Assembly: GCA_051294905.1 (NCBI GenBank) | Contig: CM119371.1 | Location: forward strand, 4,652,001-4,716,000 | DNA length: 64,000 nt | Direction: 5' to 3' | Source: Botryllus schlosseri | Taxonomy: Eukaryota | Shown: piece by piece, positions 23,553-35,744 of the stretch | Numbering within the stretch: position 1 is the first letter of the stretch | Layout of the letters: each line of letters opens with the position of its first letter | Made by a program: the position numbers and the translations under genes | Notes under the pieces: model-generated | What the model saw: only the letters and a program-made list of their open reading frames with translations | Database searches by the model: none | What the model was told of the DNA's origin: nothing

Positions 23553-26094
23553 GATTTCATATAATAAAATCAGAATCTGGTAAAGGCTCAGGCTCAAATC
23601 AATTCTTGAGTATCGCGACAACTGAAGAATATCAGAAATTCTTCAACAAATTCAATTTGTAAAATGATATTGATGTATAAGTTGACCGATGTGTCGAAAT
23701 TCAAATTGGTGCTAATCCTAAATTCAAAATGTAATGGTACAAATGAAAGCTATTAGGATGTTCAAATATATATATCGAGTTCAACATGTATCAGAGAATG
23801 GTGCATAGAATATTCCTGTGTACAAATTTGGCTCAAATTCAAAAAAGGTTGTTGAAATCCACAGGGGTTAAGAACTCCGTATGCATATCCAGTCAAGCAG
23901 ATATCATAGATCCAAATTACAACTCTAGCCAGTATGTGACATTACCAAAAATGGTTAGCATTAGCTATATATTGCATTTCTGTATATCAAAACTGAGTTT
24001 GATTCAACAGATGAGGCAGAAGATCCTGCAGCCTGCAACTGTGCATTGGATTGGTGGATCTGACCGATAAAGCAGGATTCAGTATGGCTATTTTTGTATC
24101 GTCACAATATCTGGATAAAAGGAGCTCACTGACAAAAGGAGCTTACAATCTATTTCGATAAATACATCGACGGTCAAAGTAGTCAGCGCGACTACTCGAA
24201 TAGAAGTAGAAGTAACGTTATACATACATTTCTACTCGTTTGCAAGCAAAAGTTGCAATTTCTAGGACATGTCAAACTACTACATGTAGTAATAGAAGGC
24301 AGTCAAAGTAGTCGGTAATGCCACTCAAGTACAAGTAACGTCAACCCAAGTACGACTCAATTACAAGTCAATGTATCGATTTCAAAGACTGATCAAAACT
24401 AATTCATGTGGAAATAGATGCTAGCCAATGTAGTCAGCAATGATACTTTAGTAGAACTATTCATTGCTGCGGTAGCAATTTCAAAGAGAATGCAAAATTA
24501 AGGATGCAAGTCCAAGTAGATGTAACACTGTAAATTTCAACTCAATTATAAGTAAAAGTGGCGATTTCGCTTATTGACTGGCTATGACATGTTAAATACT
24601 TGTGCGGCTGCGCGCACATCGCACTTGGACAACTATATAATTCTAGGTGTCTAATTAAACTAATCTAATCAAAATGGTAATCTATTTGTTATCTAATTAT
24701 CGTGTGTTACAAGCCAAGCTCGATGTACAGGCATTTGTCATTCTCGTGCTCATGATATGACCTTTTGTTGTAGTTCTTTCCAAATCACAATTTAATTCGA
24801 TTTCTAAGTTTTTGTAAATCAAGTAATTCTAATAGTAACTCCAGAAAAGCTGTAGCCAGCATTCTACTTCTAATCCGTTAGGTAAAAACTAAAGATTTTC
24901 TAGGTGTCAAACTCTTGTGCCCACCGCCTTGTACAGATTAATACCCGCTAATACTGAACGCGAACTAAAAACTAGGAATTGTGTCAATATGGGACTGCTT
25001 CCATATCATATCATATAAGTCTGTCTTGTGTAATACATCTTGGCGTTTCACTGCTCAGGGATATAGGTAAGGCTTTCAAAATTGTCCTGTAGAAAGCAGG
25101 CCTTTAAATGTCTGTAAAATATTCATTAAATTAAAAACAATTTCAATATTATCCTTACTATAGCAGGCCTTCAAATATCTGCAGAATAATGATTTCCTTC
25201 AAATTTCAGGTTATCAACTATGTGATATCAACAACCGTGTACTTGTCAACAATAGCATGTGAATACTTCTGTACGCAAACAACGAATAATGGCGGAGTAC
25301 TACTACAACCTCCAACGTTACCCGAGTACTCTAAACAAGAAAGTAGCCTAGCTCAGGTATTTCCACAACTACATGTTCGAGCATTTGATCAAGGTTGGTC
25401 GAATCATTTTATGCTACTTTAATTGAAAATTTATGAAAGGGCTTGACTAAAATGTGATTTGACATGTAAATTGTTCAAACGACTCAATTTGACTCGACTC
25501 AAGTCTACATTTGTGTGACTTTACTTGAAAATTTATCAACTGACTCGAATACAGCCCGAATTTGCGTGAGTTGACTTGAAAAATTTATGAAATGGCTTTA
25601 CTGAAGTGTAGACTTCTAGTAGAGTAGCATCACTGACTACTTCAGCCACATATCTTCACTTCAAGTAGTTTGTGTCGTTGAAATAGTTACTTCGACTTGC
25701 AGTTGATTCGAAATTTATGAGGTTACTTCTTCTGTAACATCACCGCCTGCAACGACGTAACTTCTACTTGCATAGAAACACTGACTAATTTGAAGACCCC
25801 CCTCCAACAAAATTGTAACTCGGTATAAATATTTGTCATTACTTATCATCGTTTACGTGGATGATTTTACTTGCAGTTGATTTTAAATTTACAAGGTCCC
25901 TTACGATGGGATAGTTTGATCACCTCTTCTATTGTTTTAATGTATGTTTTCGTCATCCAGGACCCCACCAAAGTGATTCTGTGTCTTATGATGGGAACCT
26001 GTGATTTACATTGACCGAGAACGTAACCTCCGTACCGAAAAATTGGAACTGCTACAAAATATGGATGCAATCAAAGCCTGGACGGTCGCTTAGG

Positions 26095-26450
26095 GGCAAC
26101 TCTAAATGGCGGACCGCGGAACAGCGGAACATGTAATACTAAACGGCAGACAGAGTGGAACTGCGGACCGAGCGGACCATAAGAAAATAGCTCAATACTA
26201 AACGGCGGAACGAGCGGATCGCGGAACTAGCGGAACTTGCAATACTAAACGGCGGAACTGCGGACCATAAGAAAATAGCTCAATACTAAACGGCGGAGCG
26301 AACGGATCGCGGAACTAGCGGAACTTGCAATACTAAACGGCGGAACTGCGGACCGGGCTGACTACTACAAAGACCATAATGTAAACAGCAGACCGCGGAT
26401 CAGGCACAACTCGCAAATGTCGCAATACTCCAATTCTCTTAAAGGTTGCC
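26095..26450. repeat. GCGGA(A/C)C-rich repeat element with an internal 88-bp tandem unit; probable DNA-transposon derivative
   Basis: Units 26172-26259 and 26260-26347; recurrent aatactaaacggcgga; imperfect terminal IR ggcaactctaaa / ttaaaggttgcc. Confidence 0.6.
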
Positions 26451-26732
26451 TTTCATTTTGGCAATAAGGAACATGCCAAACATAAGGACATCTTTTCTAG
26501 GGTAACTATGGGGTGTCTTCAAGTGTGGCAACGTAGTACCAAGCTACCAACACACCCCAAACATACCCCAGACTTGATGTCCAGGTTGCAATGCAGTACG
26601 AACATACCTCAAAACATACCCCAGACATGATGTCCTGGTTGCAATGCAGTACTCTACTAACACACCACAGACATGGTATATATCGACTATCTGTGATCGA
26701 GTGGAAATTTCTATGTATGTTTCTACTTGAAC

Positions 26733-27258
26733 AGCTTCTTGGAGGTACAGAACCTCAATATACAATTGAATAGTATATTCATATTGAAATGAACCCGAAT
26801 ATTTGCGGCTGACACTCGTCCGGGGTAATCGTCAGCAAGTAGTAGAGAATTCAAAAGAACAGCGTATATCAACAATCGTAACACAAAATATGACGTCACC
26901 AGCACGAAATGTCAAATACGAGAGCGTTCAATGTACTGTTTTTAGATGATACACGAACACTTTTTGTTGACACAGCCTTGGCTGGTGCATTTTGATAAAA
27001 GTCGACTCCAAGGCACGCAAATGAAAGTGTGAGCGACCCTTTCCGAGTATGCGAAATCTGTCGTCTCGATAATTTTTCGCACATGCGGGATTATCCAACA
27101 AGTGTTTGTCAATTGCAGAATTTATGGCCTTTGATTGTTCCGCGTCAATCTTGAGCGGATGAAGTAAGGGTGAGCTTTTCACAGAGCGTGTTCTAATGAA
27201 TCTAGGGACATGCTGATTTAGGGACGTGCTTAGGGTGCTGGTGACGTCATATTTTGTG
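26733..27258 (-). mobile_element. Penelope-like retroelement 3' end (GIY-YIG endonuclease C-terminus + pLTR), copy 1
   Basis: ORF 26928-27182(-) SAIDKHLLDNPACAKNYRDDRFRILGKGRSHFHLRALESTFIKMHQPRLCQQK resembles PLE GIY-YIG C-termini. A perfect 24-bp inverted repeat 26882-26905 / 27235-27258 fits an inverted pLTR segment. Confidence 0.8.
26793..26826 (-). ncRNA. Degenerate minimal hammerhead ribozyme motif (two core substitutions)
   Basis: Minus strand accc-CGGACGA-gtgtcagcc-GCAA-atat-TC-gggt; paralogous to the intact-core copy at 37402-37435. Confidence 0.5.
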
Positions 27259-28145
27259 CTGACTCTGATAGTCGTTCCGTTTTTGGACTATATCAAAATG
27301 AACCAATTAATTTAAAGTTGAAATACGATCTGTTCACTTTCTGACATGTAGAAAGTAGTTTTCTTGCTCGAACACGATAATTTGGCAAGGGAAAACTTAT
27401 AACAACTTAGTATATAAATCCCAGAAGGATATTTTAATGAAAACGACGGGCCAGACGACAGATTACACAAACGCAAATCGTGGACTGACTGAAAAAATGT
27501 AATAGCAGACTAAGATGAATATGCTTGTCTCAGAGATTATAATCCATGCAGGTGTAAGTACGAACTGAACGTAAAGTGAAACTGCGAACACTCATTAAAT
27601 GAAGGTATGTCAGATTATGGATGTCACATACCTACTACGCTGGTCAACTTCTTTTATGGTTCTCACAGTCTTAGTTGAAAATGACTTAATTTTCCCACGG
27701 GGACATCAGATGAAGTACCTTTGATCTCCTGTATTATGGTGTAAACTGATTACCACTGCCCCCGCAGTCCAGGAAAATGAGAAGATGATATAGGTGGGCT
27801 ATATTTATCATCTTTAGTCACACACCATGTACAATGCGATGAGATGAACAGATAGGACGTTGTCGAACGACACGCATGCAGTTGCGATTCTTTTAATCTA
27901 ACATCCACCTGGGCCTAGGGCAGGGGTTCTCAACCCGCGGGCCTTATGCGGCTGACCTTCATTTTGCGACCCGCAACATCTTTCATTACGGAAGCAATTA
28001 CTACAGTCAAAGAATTTGTTACATAGTAAGTTAGCTACTTAGCTTTCTTATCGCACTGTTGTCTCTGTTTCGTTTGATTACTCATTCTTTGATGTGTTCT
28101 GGTTTCTTGATATAGGCCTATGCTGAATTTTAGATTGTTATTCTT

Positions 28146-30932
28146 TTGAGCTCAGTACTTGGACCGGTCCTCTTCACCTTATATGTCAACGACATTTTTG
28201 AAACCTCCTTATTGAACACGACACTGTTCGCTGATGACACTCACCTCCTCTCTTCCGCATCTTCGACGGCAGAGCTGGATGCTCTGACTGGTGATCAAAT
28301 GCCCAAAGTCCATGAGTGGACGGCCCAGAACAACCTTCGCATAAACGCCTCGAAAACCCAATTGCTGACAGTAAATTCAAAAAATAACCTAACCGTGAAT
28401 ATCGCTGGTCAGCCCGTTTCCAACACAGATAATGCCAAATATCTCGGGGTTTTACTGGACTCGAACCTGTCCTGGAAGAGTCATATATTCAGTCCCTAGA
28501 AACTAAATTATCACCGAAGTGCGGCCTGTTCTACAGCCTTGGGCGCTTCGTGCCAGCATGGGTTCTTCTGATGCTCTTTAAATCCTTAATCCAATCGAAG
28601 TTACATTATGGCATCCTCTGTTGGGGGGCTGCCAGTAAAACTGCACTCAAGCCACTGCAGAAACTACAGCATAAAGTACTCCGAATCATAGCTAGGGCCC
28701 CTTTGGGGCCTGGCTGCCCATCCAATAAGTCGCTGCTGAAGAGATTCGGCGTCCTAAACATAGAAGATATGCGGAAACTAGAAATCGCCAAGTTTATGTA
28801 TCAGTTTCACTGCGGTCGTTGCCCCGAATATTTCAATGACTTCTTTACCTCTGAATCAAAAGCGCACAAGTACAACACACGCGCGTCCACGTCGTCCAAA
28901 TATCATATGATCGACCGAAAAGATCATCGCTCTATCAAATATGCCGGACCTGATGTGTGGAACAGTATCCCGCCGGCCATCCGACAGTCGACGAGCATGT
29001 CCAGTGTCCACATTCAAGTCGAAATACAAGCAATTACTACTAAATAAATACAGTCCATCCTCAAGATTACCGGACCACGACTGACCTATCGATCTCGTTT
29101 CCCATGACATGCCGCCCAATTTCTTGTCGCTTTCTTTTTCTATACTATCTTCTTTACTTTCATTCAGTGTGCATGCCGCCTCTTTACATCGCCTAGGCCA
29201 AGGTTGGTGTCCGATTCCATAGACAACCCCTACTCGCTTCGACATCTTCCTTTCTTTTCATTGTATCGCATTTTTTGTGGTGTATTGAACCAGAGTTGGA
29301 TCAATTGTAATTTGTAATTGTAATTGAATGTAATTGATTACATTTTTCAATGTAATTGTAATGTAATTGTAATTGAAGCATTTTTATTTTGTGTAATTGT
29401 AATTGTAATTGTAATTTGACGAAAATTTTGATCAATTACAATTTCAATTACATTAAATTGCTATTGAGACCTGACAAGCACAACATAAAATAATTGACTT
29501 ATAATGCATTCTCTTTAAATGTCGACAAGGAATTTGGTGGATCCATTCGCGGAAGCCCTTGACTACGCCCTGGCGGGCGAAGTTTTTTTTAAATTTTTAC
29601 CGCTATGCTGGCCTCGGCTGCCATTGTATACAATTTTTAGATTACTAACCAACGGATGGATTCGCAACACGTGACTCACGATTGAATACGCCGAGAAGCG
29701 AACTGCTGAGCCGGCTAAAAGCAGCAGAATTGATAGTCCCATAGCTGGCGATCCAAGCGTCGAAATTTGATATGTATGGTCCTAATCGAAAGCTAGTGTC
29801 GCACTGATTTCGCAATAAAAGTATATTTCCAGGCAATGGTACCATCCCAAATTAGTCGTGAAAGTCTGGGAATCGGCATTGTTCTGAACAATGGCTGGGC
29901 GTAATTGGTAATTGCTGTGGTCATGCTGCTGCAGCGCTCTCACTTTTCAGAACTGTCGGCCTTAAACGGCTATTTTGGAGCAGTTACATTGCCCTGCCGA
30001 GATTTTATTTTGTATTTTCGGAATTAGTACATCAATAGCTTACGATAAAGACCAGATGCATCAAATATGGACGCATGAATCGCCAGCTCTAGGACTACAA
30101 AGTTTGCTGGTTTTAGCCGGCTCTGCAGTACGTTTGTCGGTGCATTTATCCGTGACTCACATCTTGCGCATCTATCCGTGGGTTGGCAATCTACGATACG
30201 ATTTCAGATCACGATGCTGCATCGTTACTTCGTCTGGCTAACTAACCAGACCACCGGATATTATATAACGTCTTATCTGACAAAGCCGGTTTTGTTATTA
30301 CTCCTCATCCTAATTCCTACGTCCATCGATAAAAATAATATTATTTCTTTAATTATATACTATATACGCAAATCCAACACGTGCATAGATTATAATACTT
30401 TTTCAACTACATACTGCACCCTATCCTTAATCTTAACCCATAGGAAATTAGGTAAGTAACATTTTTCATTTCCAATTACGTGAGCCATAATTACCGAGCA
30501 TACAAAACACGCTTATATTACGTCACAATGACATCTTACATAGCATACTATTTACGCACATAAAAGCATTTATTACTACACAATCTGAACTAGACTTGAA
30601 TTGTTGTTAAATACGACGCTACGGTTGTCAAGGAGCACGGTTGAATTTATGATTATTCAATTACATGTTCAACAGCAGCAATTGTAATTGTAATTGTCAT
30701 GTAATTGAAGCATGCAAGGAGTAATTGTAATTGTAATGTAATTGAAGCATGCAAGGAGTAATTGTAATTGTAATTTGATATTTTTAGCATGGAGTAATTG
30801 TAATTGTAATGTAATTGAAACATCCATGAAAGTAATTGTAATTGTAATTGTAATTGAACTGAAATAATGTAATTGATCCAACTCTGTATTGAACTGATAA
30901 AATTGCTAATAAACCAATGATGATGATGATGA
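28146..30932 (+). mobile_element. 5'-truncated non-LTR retrotransposon (CR1/L2-group-like RT), frameshifted, with (GAT)n tail
   Basis: SVLGPVLFTLYVND..LFADDT and KYLGVLLDSNLSWKSHI RT motifs; LHYGILCWG..GPDVWNSIP C-terminal motifs; 3' UTR interrupted by a MITE; aataaaccaatgatgatgatgatg end at ~30908-30932. Confidence 0.9.
29291..30886. mobile_element. Non-autonomous hAT-type element with (TAATTG)n arrays, copy 2
   Basis: TIR cagagttggatcaatt; perfect 8-bp TSD TATTGAAC (29283-29290, 30887-30894); inserted in the LINE 3' UTR. Confidence 0.93.
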
Positions 30933-31039
30933 ATCGGTGTTCGGCTGCACTCTGCTTCAAGAGAATCCCGCTGCGTAGAACACTTTTAAAAAGTGTTCAC
31001 ACACCGTGAATGGTTTGAGCAGAAACAAGTACTAGAAAC

Positions 31040-31590
31040 GCGAACGTCGAAAGCTGGGTTTGTAAGTCTCCGTCGAGCAATGAATGTGTTTTCCCAGATA
31101 TAAATGGAAAACCGATGTGTCATATATTTGTCAAAGAACAGTTGTCGTAACGAAGCGTCGAAGCTTAAAATGATACCACGCCTATTAGCTGTTGCTTCTG
31201 GAGTTTCACATACCGCCTGATCTTAGAAAAACGATGGTGGCAAGCCCAGCAATCCATATTTCGGGCATTGTCAAAATTAGAAGCGACGTTACAGACGCAT
31301 CGTTCAAAATTACTTAAACCCAAGAAATCTGCTAGAGAAAGTGTGATTTCATTAAGACTTTAACATACTGCGCGAATATTCGCTGTTTTCAGAACTTAGC
31401 AGCGAGGCCAGCATTACATGACAAATTGAGAAGCTACAGTTGTCTGATTCAACCGTGACCAGAAGAGTAACAGCAATGCCGGTCGATCTTTTATGACATT
31501 TTCAGAACCACGTTGCCGCGTAGCCTAGCATTGGACGAATCCACCTACTCCACAGACATATGACAAGCTAATTATCTGGATGCATTTTAT
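31040..31590 (+). pseudogene. Decayed hAT (Charlie/SPIN/GTF2IRD2-like) transposase
   Basis: Fragments DINGKPMCHI..VTKRRSLK, IEKLQLSDSTVTRRV and SLALDEST. A matching hAT-type left end caggggttctcaacc is at 27921, separated from this by the LINE insertion. Confidence 0.7.
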
Positions 31591-32188
31591 CAGAGTAGTG
31601 CGGCGGAAATGAGAAAAACAACAAATTTACAAAGCTGACTCCAGTACCTATTGGTGCAGTGCAGGGCTCAATCGACCATGGAAGGAAAGGAGAAGGGTTC
31701 ATTGGTTTGCTCAGAAATGACCCCGAATACCAGGCTTCTTCTCAGATCACTGAGAGCTGAGAGTCATGATAATGGCCTCTGTAACGAAACAGTGACCGAA
31801 ATTTCATACTTGATCAATGCTCACTCACGCATTGAAACAGGGTGTTCAGTTCTCTGTTGGAGTGGTTTGGGTGCATATACCTACTTGGAAACAAATGCAA
31901 CGCAGGCTCCATGTGGGGATTTACTTGCGCCGCTGGAAGATACATATTCTCACAAAAAACAAACAGCCACTGTAAACTTACGAGCGCTGTCCATTAATGC
32001 TCTAGAATGCATGAAAATGTAGTAAATGCCAGTATACGACTGGTAAATAGGCTATATAGGCCGCGGCCCTTTCTACTGCTGGTTCTTATTTCCATTCCTT
32101 GCGAGTGTTTTCTTTCGTTGGATATTTTACTGTGTTTTTTTTTTGTCGCCGTAAGAACGGCAACGGCAGGGGGAGAGGAGCCCAGATA

Positions 32189-32255
32189 AACCTCAGACGG
32201 GAATCGCACCGAGTCCGTCAGATTGGTGGGCGCTTACCACTACGCTATCTCCCCC
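32189..32255 (-). mobile_element. tRNA-derived SINE head
   Basis: Minus strand gggggagaTAGCGTAGTGGtaag..GGTGCGATTCCcg: Pol III A box and near-consensus B box; no intact cloverleaf. Confidence 0.55.
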
Positions 32256-35200
32256 GTCCATTCCACCACTTCCTATCTTTTCATTGTATCGCAGTGTTGC
32301 AGTCTTTTGAAATGATGAAATTGTTAATGGAAGTTGTATTATAGAACTGACGCTGTGGTCCGGTGTCAACAGATTACAATGTCATGACCATTAAAAGTTT
32401 ACTACATTTTAGAAATACAAAACATATTAAGTACAAAACGACATGGAATTCTTTACTCTGATTAGACTAGAATTACCTAATAGTACAATGGGGCTGTTCA
32501 AAAAAAATCTTCAGATTTCACTGGCTACGGATTAAAATTATTATGTTGGCTACAAAATCTATGCACACAAAATTTGGCTCAATTCCAACTAGTAGAAGCG
32601 AATCTCTTGCAGTAGAAAGCTTTCTACCGGTATTTATTACATAAAAATGAATAAAATACAAAATTTCTGCCGACCCCACAAAATTGTTGGGCTGACAGTA
32701 TAGACGATACACACCAAATTTGGCTCAATTCCAAGCAGTAGAGGAGAAGGTATGGCAGTAGAAAATTTTTGAATAAAATAGTATTTACGGTGAGTATTTC
32801 GTAAGACTCGTTATGAATATATTTGAATTACAACCCATCATTTTGATGAGCGTTATCTTAGCAGCATGGAAATATCAGCCCAATTTTCAAATAGCAATAG
32901 CTCTCCCAATTAGATAGATACATGACAAGGAAGTGTTTGCATTTTCAGAAGAAAAATTCAGCTCACAATGACTGATTGCTTTACTTACAACAAATAGAAT
33001 CACCGACATATGGTAGTGAATAGTGATAATAGCCTATATCTATTAATATCAAGGAGTGTACGATTACTGTACTTGAAAAATGATCTTACACTACTTGACT
33101 TGAATCATTACAAAATTACCCGATTAGGATTCGGGTACTCGAACCATTGTACCCAGACGCGCTAAAAATATTTATACAGTATAAATAAATGAATATATGA
33201 ACCAATGAAAAAAGACAGTAATCAAACAGCTCTATGTTGGTGTCTAATACAAATCACAATGTGACTTTACCCAAACAACATGTGAGACAAACATCAATAC
33301 TTCCTGCCACCGGACAGAGATGCAAACTTTACGTAACAATAATTAATTCAGCGACTGCGATTAATTAGTGTTCCCCATGAACATACCGACACGTATAGTG
33401 TTTTGTGGGATTGAAACACTTTTCATTATTTCAGCTATTCTCACTACACCCGGACATTTCTCGCAGTTGACATGACAATTTCTGGCGTATATCTCGTCGA
33501 TTGAGTGGCCGTTGGTGTGATCTTGAGAACAGAATCGGATAGCTACATTATTCTAGTTGACTAATTGGAGCAAAATGCCGGTAATATAGTTCTTATCTAA
33601 TTTGTAAAATATATTTTTATGTTCTTATTTTAATTCCCATTTGTCTGGTTTTCTTGAAAATACTACAGGAGAAATGTATCATGCGGAACGAGGCAAGCCT
33701 AGTGAACAGACCTTTGCCATTCTCGTGCCTGAACTCTTGATTTGGTATGAGCTGAACTTGATTATGGTTGTAGTTTGATTCAATTCAATTAGGCGACTAA
33801 GTTTTTTCATAGTCAGACATTCTAATTCTAGTCATATTTGGAAAAAAACTGTTAGTATAATTCTGATTTTAATCTCATTGGGAAAAGCAGTAAATTTTCT
33901 AATCGTCGAAATCACGTTGTGAACATACAATGCACCTTTTTGCATTTTTTTTAAACAATACAGCATTTCCAATTGCCACACAAGATTGTGATAGGGACAC
34001 ATATTTCGTGTAGCGAGTTACAAATTCAAAAGTCACTGTATTTTGGCCGGGAACACGTCAGACACCGATTAGTGATCAGGGAGAACACTTCTCAATGTCA
34101 GGGGTATACCGATGAATATATGAAGACTGTCAATTAAAGGGGCACTGCGCCCAAAAAATGATGTGGTCTCAAATTGAAGGGCAAAACGAAAAAAAAATTT
34201 TGGCCGCAGCCGTTTTCTTCAGAACGCCACCGTAATGGAGCTGCAATTTATTGAAATTTCCAGAAACGCACCCGGCTGCAGCTGTCGCGGCTCCGGGTAA
34301 TTTCTTAACCCGTTACATCGCATGATGACTTCATCGTCGCACTTGCTCGACGCGATTAGGCACTAGGCAGTCACGCAGAGGACGAACTTTAGATAGTTGT
34401 CACTTGTCAGCCGATGTTATGAAGGAAATATGTCTTACACGCCAAGATGGTGTAGATACGGCGTTCCACTGACGATGTTCAGTCACGAGATTTTTCTCTT
34501 AATTGGGCCTAGTGGATTCTATTTCTTGAGGGCAGGAATAGATCATGTCCTATTCTTATGTTGCCGTATGTATAAAACATTACCATCACCAATCAGTGTG
34601 CCCTCTGAACATTTTAAAATTCAGATCGGTCATAATTGGTTTCGCATTCAGGTTGGAGAATCATAAGATGACGGTATCGTAAAATTATGGCTTGGGGATT
34701 AATATGATTACAATATAATGAATACATGTGTTTTAGGGTCAGCCGCGGAATTGTGGGTTAAGGTTAGGTTTGCGTACCGTTGGATTTCGGTTAGGCATGA
34801 TGAATTTTCCTACAGTACCCGAACCCTACACCAGTTTTGAATGTCATGAATTTTGTCATGTTCATGGGGAACCCTGACTGTTGGTATTCGTCTTGTGGAT
34901 AAGAAATTACTGTTATCCCGAAAAACGACTACAGCATAAAGTGCTTTTCAACCTGTGTGAGGGTTTGTACTTGTGCGAATGAAAAGAATTTCAACCAAAT
35001 AGTCAACCAATGTTAAGTGTGAAAGAAAAACTGTATTTCCGGAGTTGAACTGGAAAGTTGGCCTTTTTTTAGTCGACCGACCACGGAGTCTGAAAAATTT
35101 ACCATTTTTTTCCGGATTCTACTTATCCACTATTCTATTTCTGAAAACTTTGAATAAGTGTCCCCCTTTCCCGAATCAAAAATATGATAACCCTACCTTG

Positions 35201-35744
35201 TAAGTGATAGTGGGCGATGCCAGTGTTGATTTGAATGCAAAGTATTGGAATTTCGGCACACACATTCATATAGCGTTGACATAACAAGTCGATTTAGTGG
35301 AAAAGTGATATTGTTGCGAGTGAATATTGTTCATGGGTTCGCCCTTTAAGCTTCGAAAGAAATCACTGCACGATACCCCCAGAAAAAGCAACGAAGACCT
35401 TGAGAACAGCAGAAGTGCGATATCTGTGATTTTTCTACTGCAGTGATTTTAGTATTTGATTAATCAACAATATGATACGCTGAATGTGAAATAATGACGC
35501 TCTGTAACTACAGGAAGCTCTACAAATACAAAAGTGGTAAGCTTTTCATTTTCTTTTTGTGTAATAAATTCCAGCTGGCTGGTGCGAATTAAATTGTTTT
35601 TCAAAAAAAGTGCAAATGGAGCTCAAAATGGTTGAAAAGCACTAGTCTACGCTATTGTCTTGCTCTACCCAGAGTCTTCGTAATAGTATATAGAATATAC
35701 ATTGCCATTATTGCAAGCTGCAATGACATCGAGAAGTTGTGCCG

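Larger units (their letters stand above)
13170..26092 (+). repeat. Left arm of large inverted segmental duplication
   Basis: Colinear reverse-complement matches to 52.2-64.0 kb in both exons and introns, e.g. 13278<->63844, 14490<->62210, 16079<->60243, 17296<->58806, 19949<->57745, 21815<->56451, 23433<->54795, 24011<->54248, 25393<->52880, 25961<->52327. Confidence 0.93.
17148..26092 (+). pseudogene. PLK1: Near-complete intron-containing PLK1/polo pseudogene (kinase + polo-box exons in correct order)
   Basis: Exons 17148-17296 ([25 protein letters not shown]), 19821-19949 (MDLDKRRRVITEAEIRSCMQHILLG..FHECKIIRRDVK), 20918-21106, 21691-21815 (YALLVGKLPL), 22049-22203 (GYIPQELPTT*L), 23275-23433 (linker), 24011-24081 (DEAEDPAA..HWI..VDLTDKAGF), 25210-25393 (YQLCD..LNKKVA*LRYFHNYMFEHLIK, polo box 1), 25961-~26092 (DPTKVILC..VIYIDRER..YGCNQSLDGRL, polo box 2). 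Multiple stops and frameshifts. Confidence 0.92.

Noticed and set aside
17148..26092. A functional PLK1 gene
   Set aside because: In-frame stops, frameshifts, a mutated donor (21816 AT), no DFG and missing exons; the same applies to the mirror copy.
26095..26400. CRISPR-like appearance of recurring aatactaaacggcgga with intervening sequence
   Set aside because: The intervening segments are themselves repeated and GCGGA-rich rather than unique spacers; there are no cas genes and the context is eukaryotic.
27630..27800. Minus-strand exon-like pieces here and at ~38440-38930 and ~40450-40600 (one faintly like an MFS transporter C-terminus)
   Set aside because: Frames are interrupted and the similarity is too weak to assign without a database search.
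32189..32255. Genuine tRNA genes here and at 50661-50734
   Set aside because: A/B boxes are present but no convincing acceptor or anticodon stems by eye; better explained as SINE heads. tRNAscan-SE would settle it.
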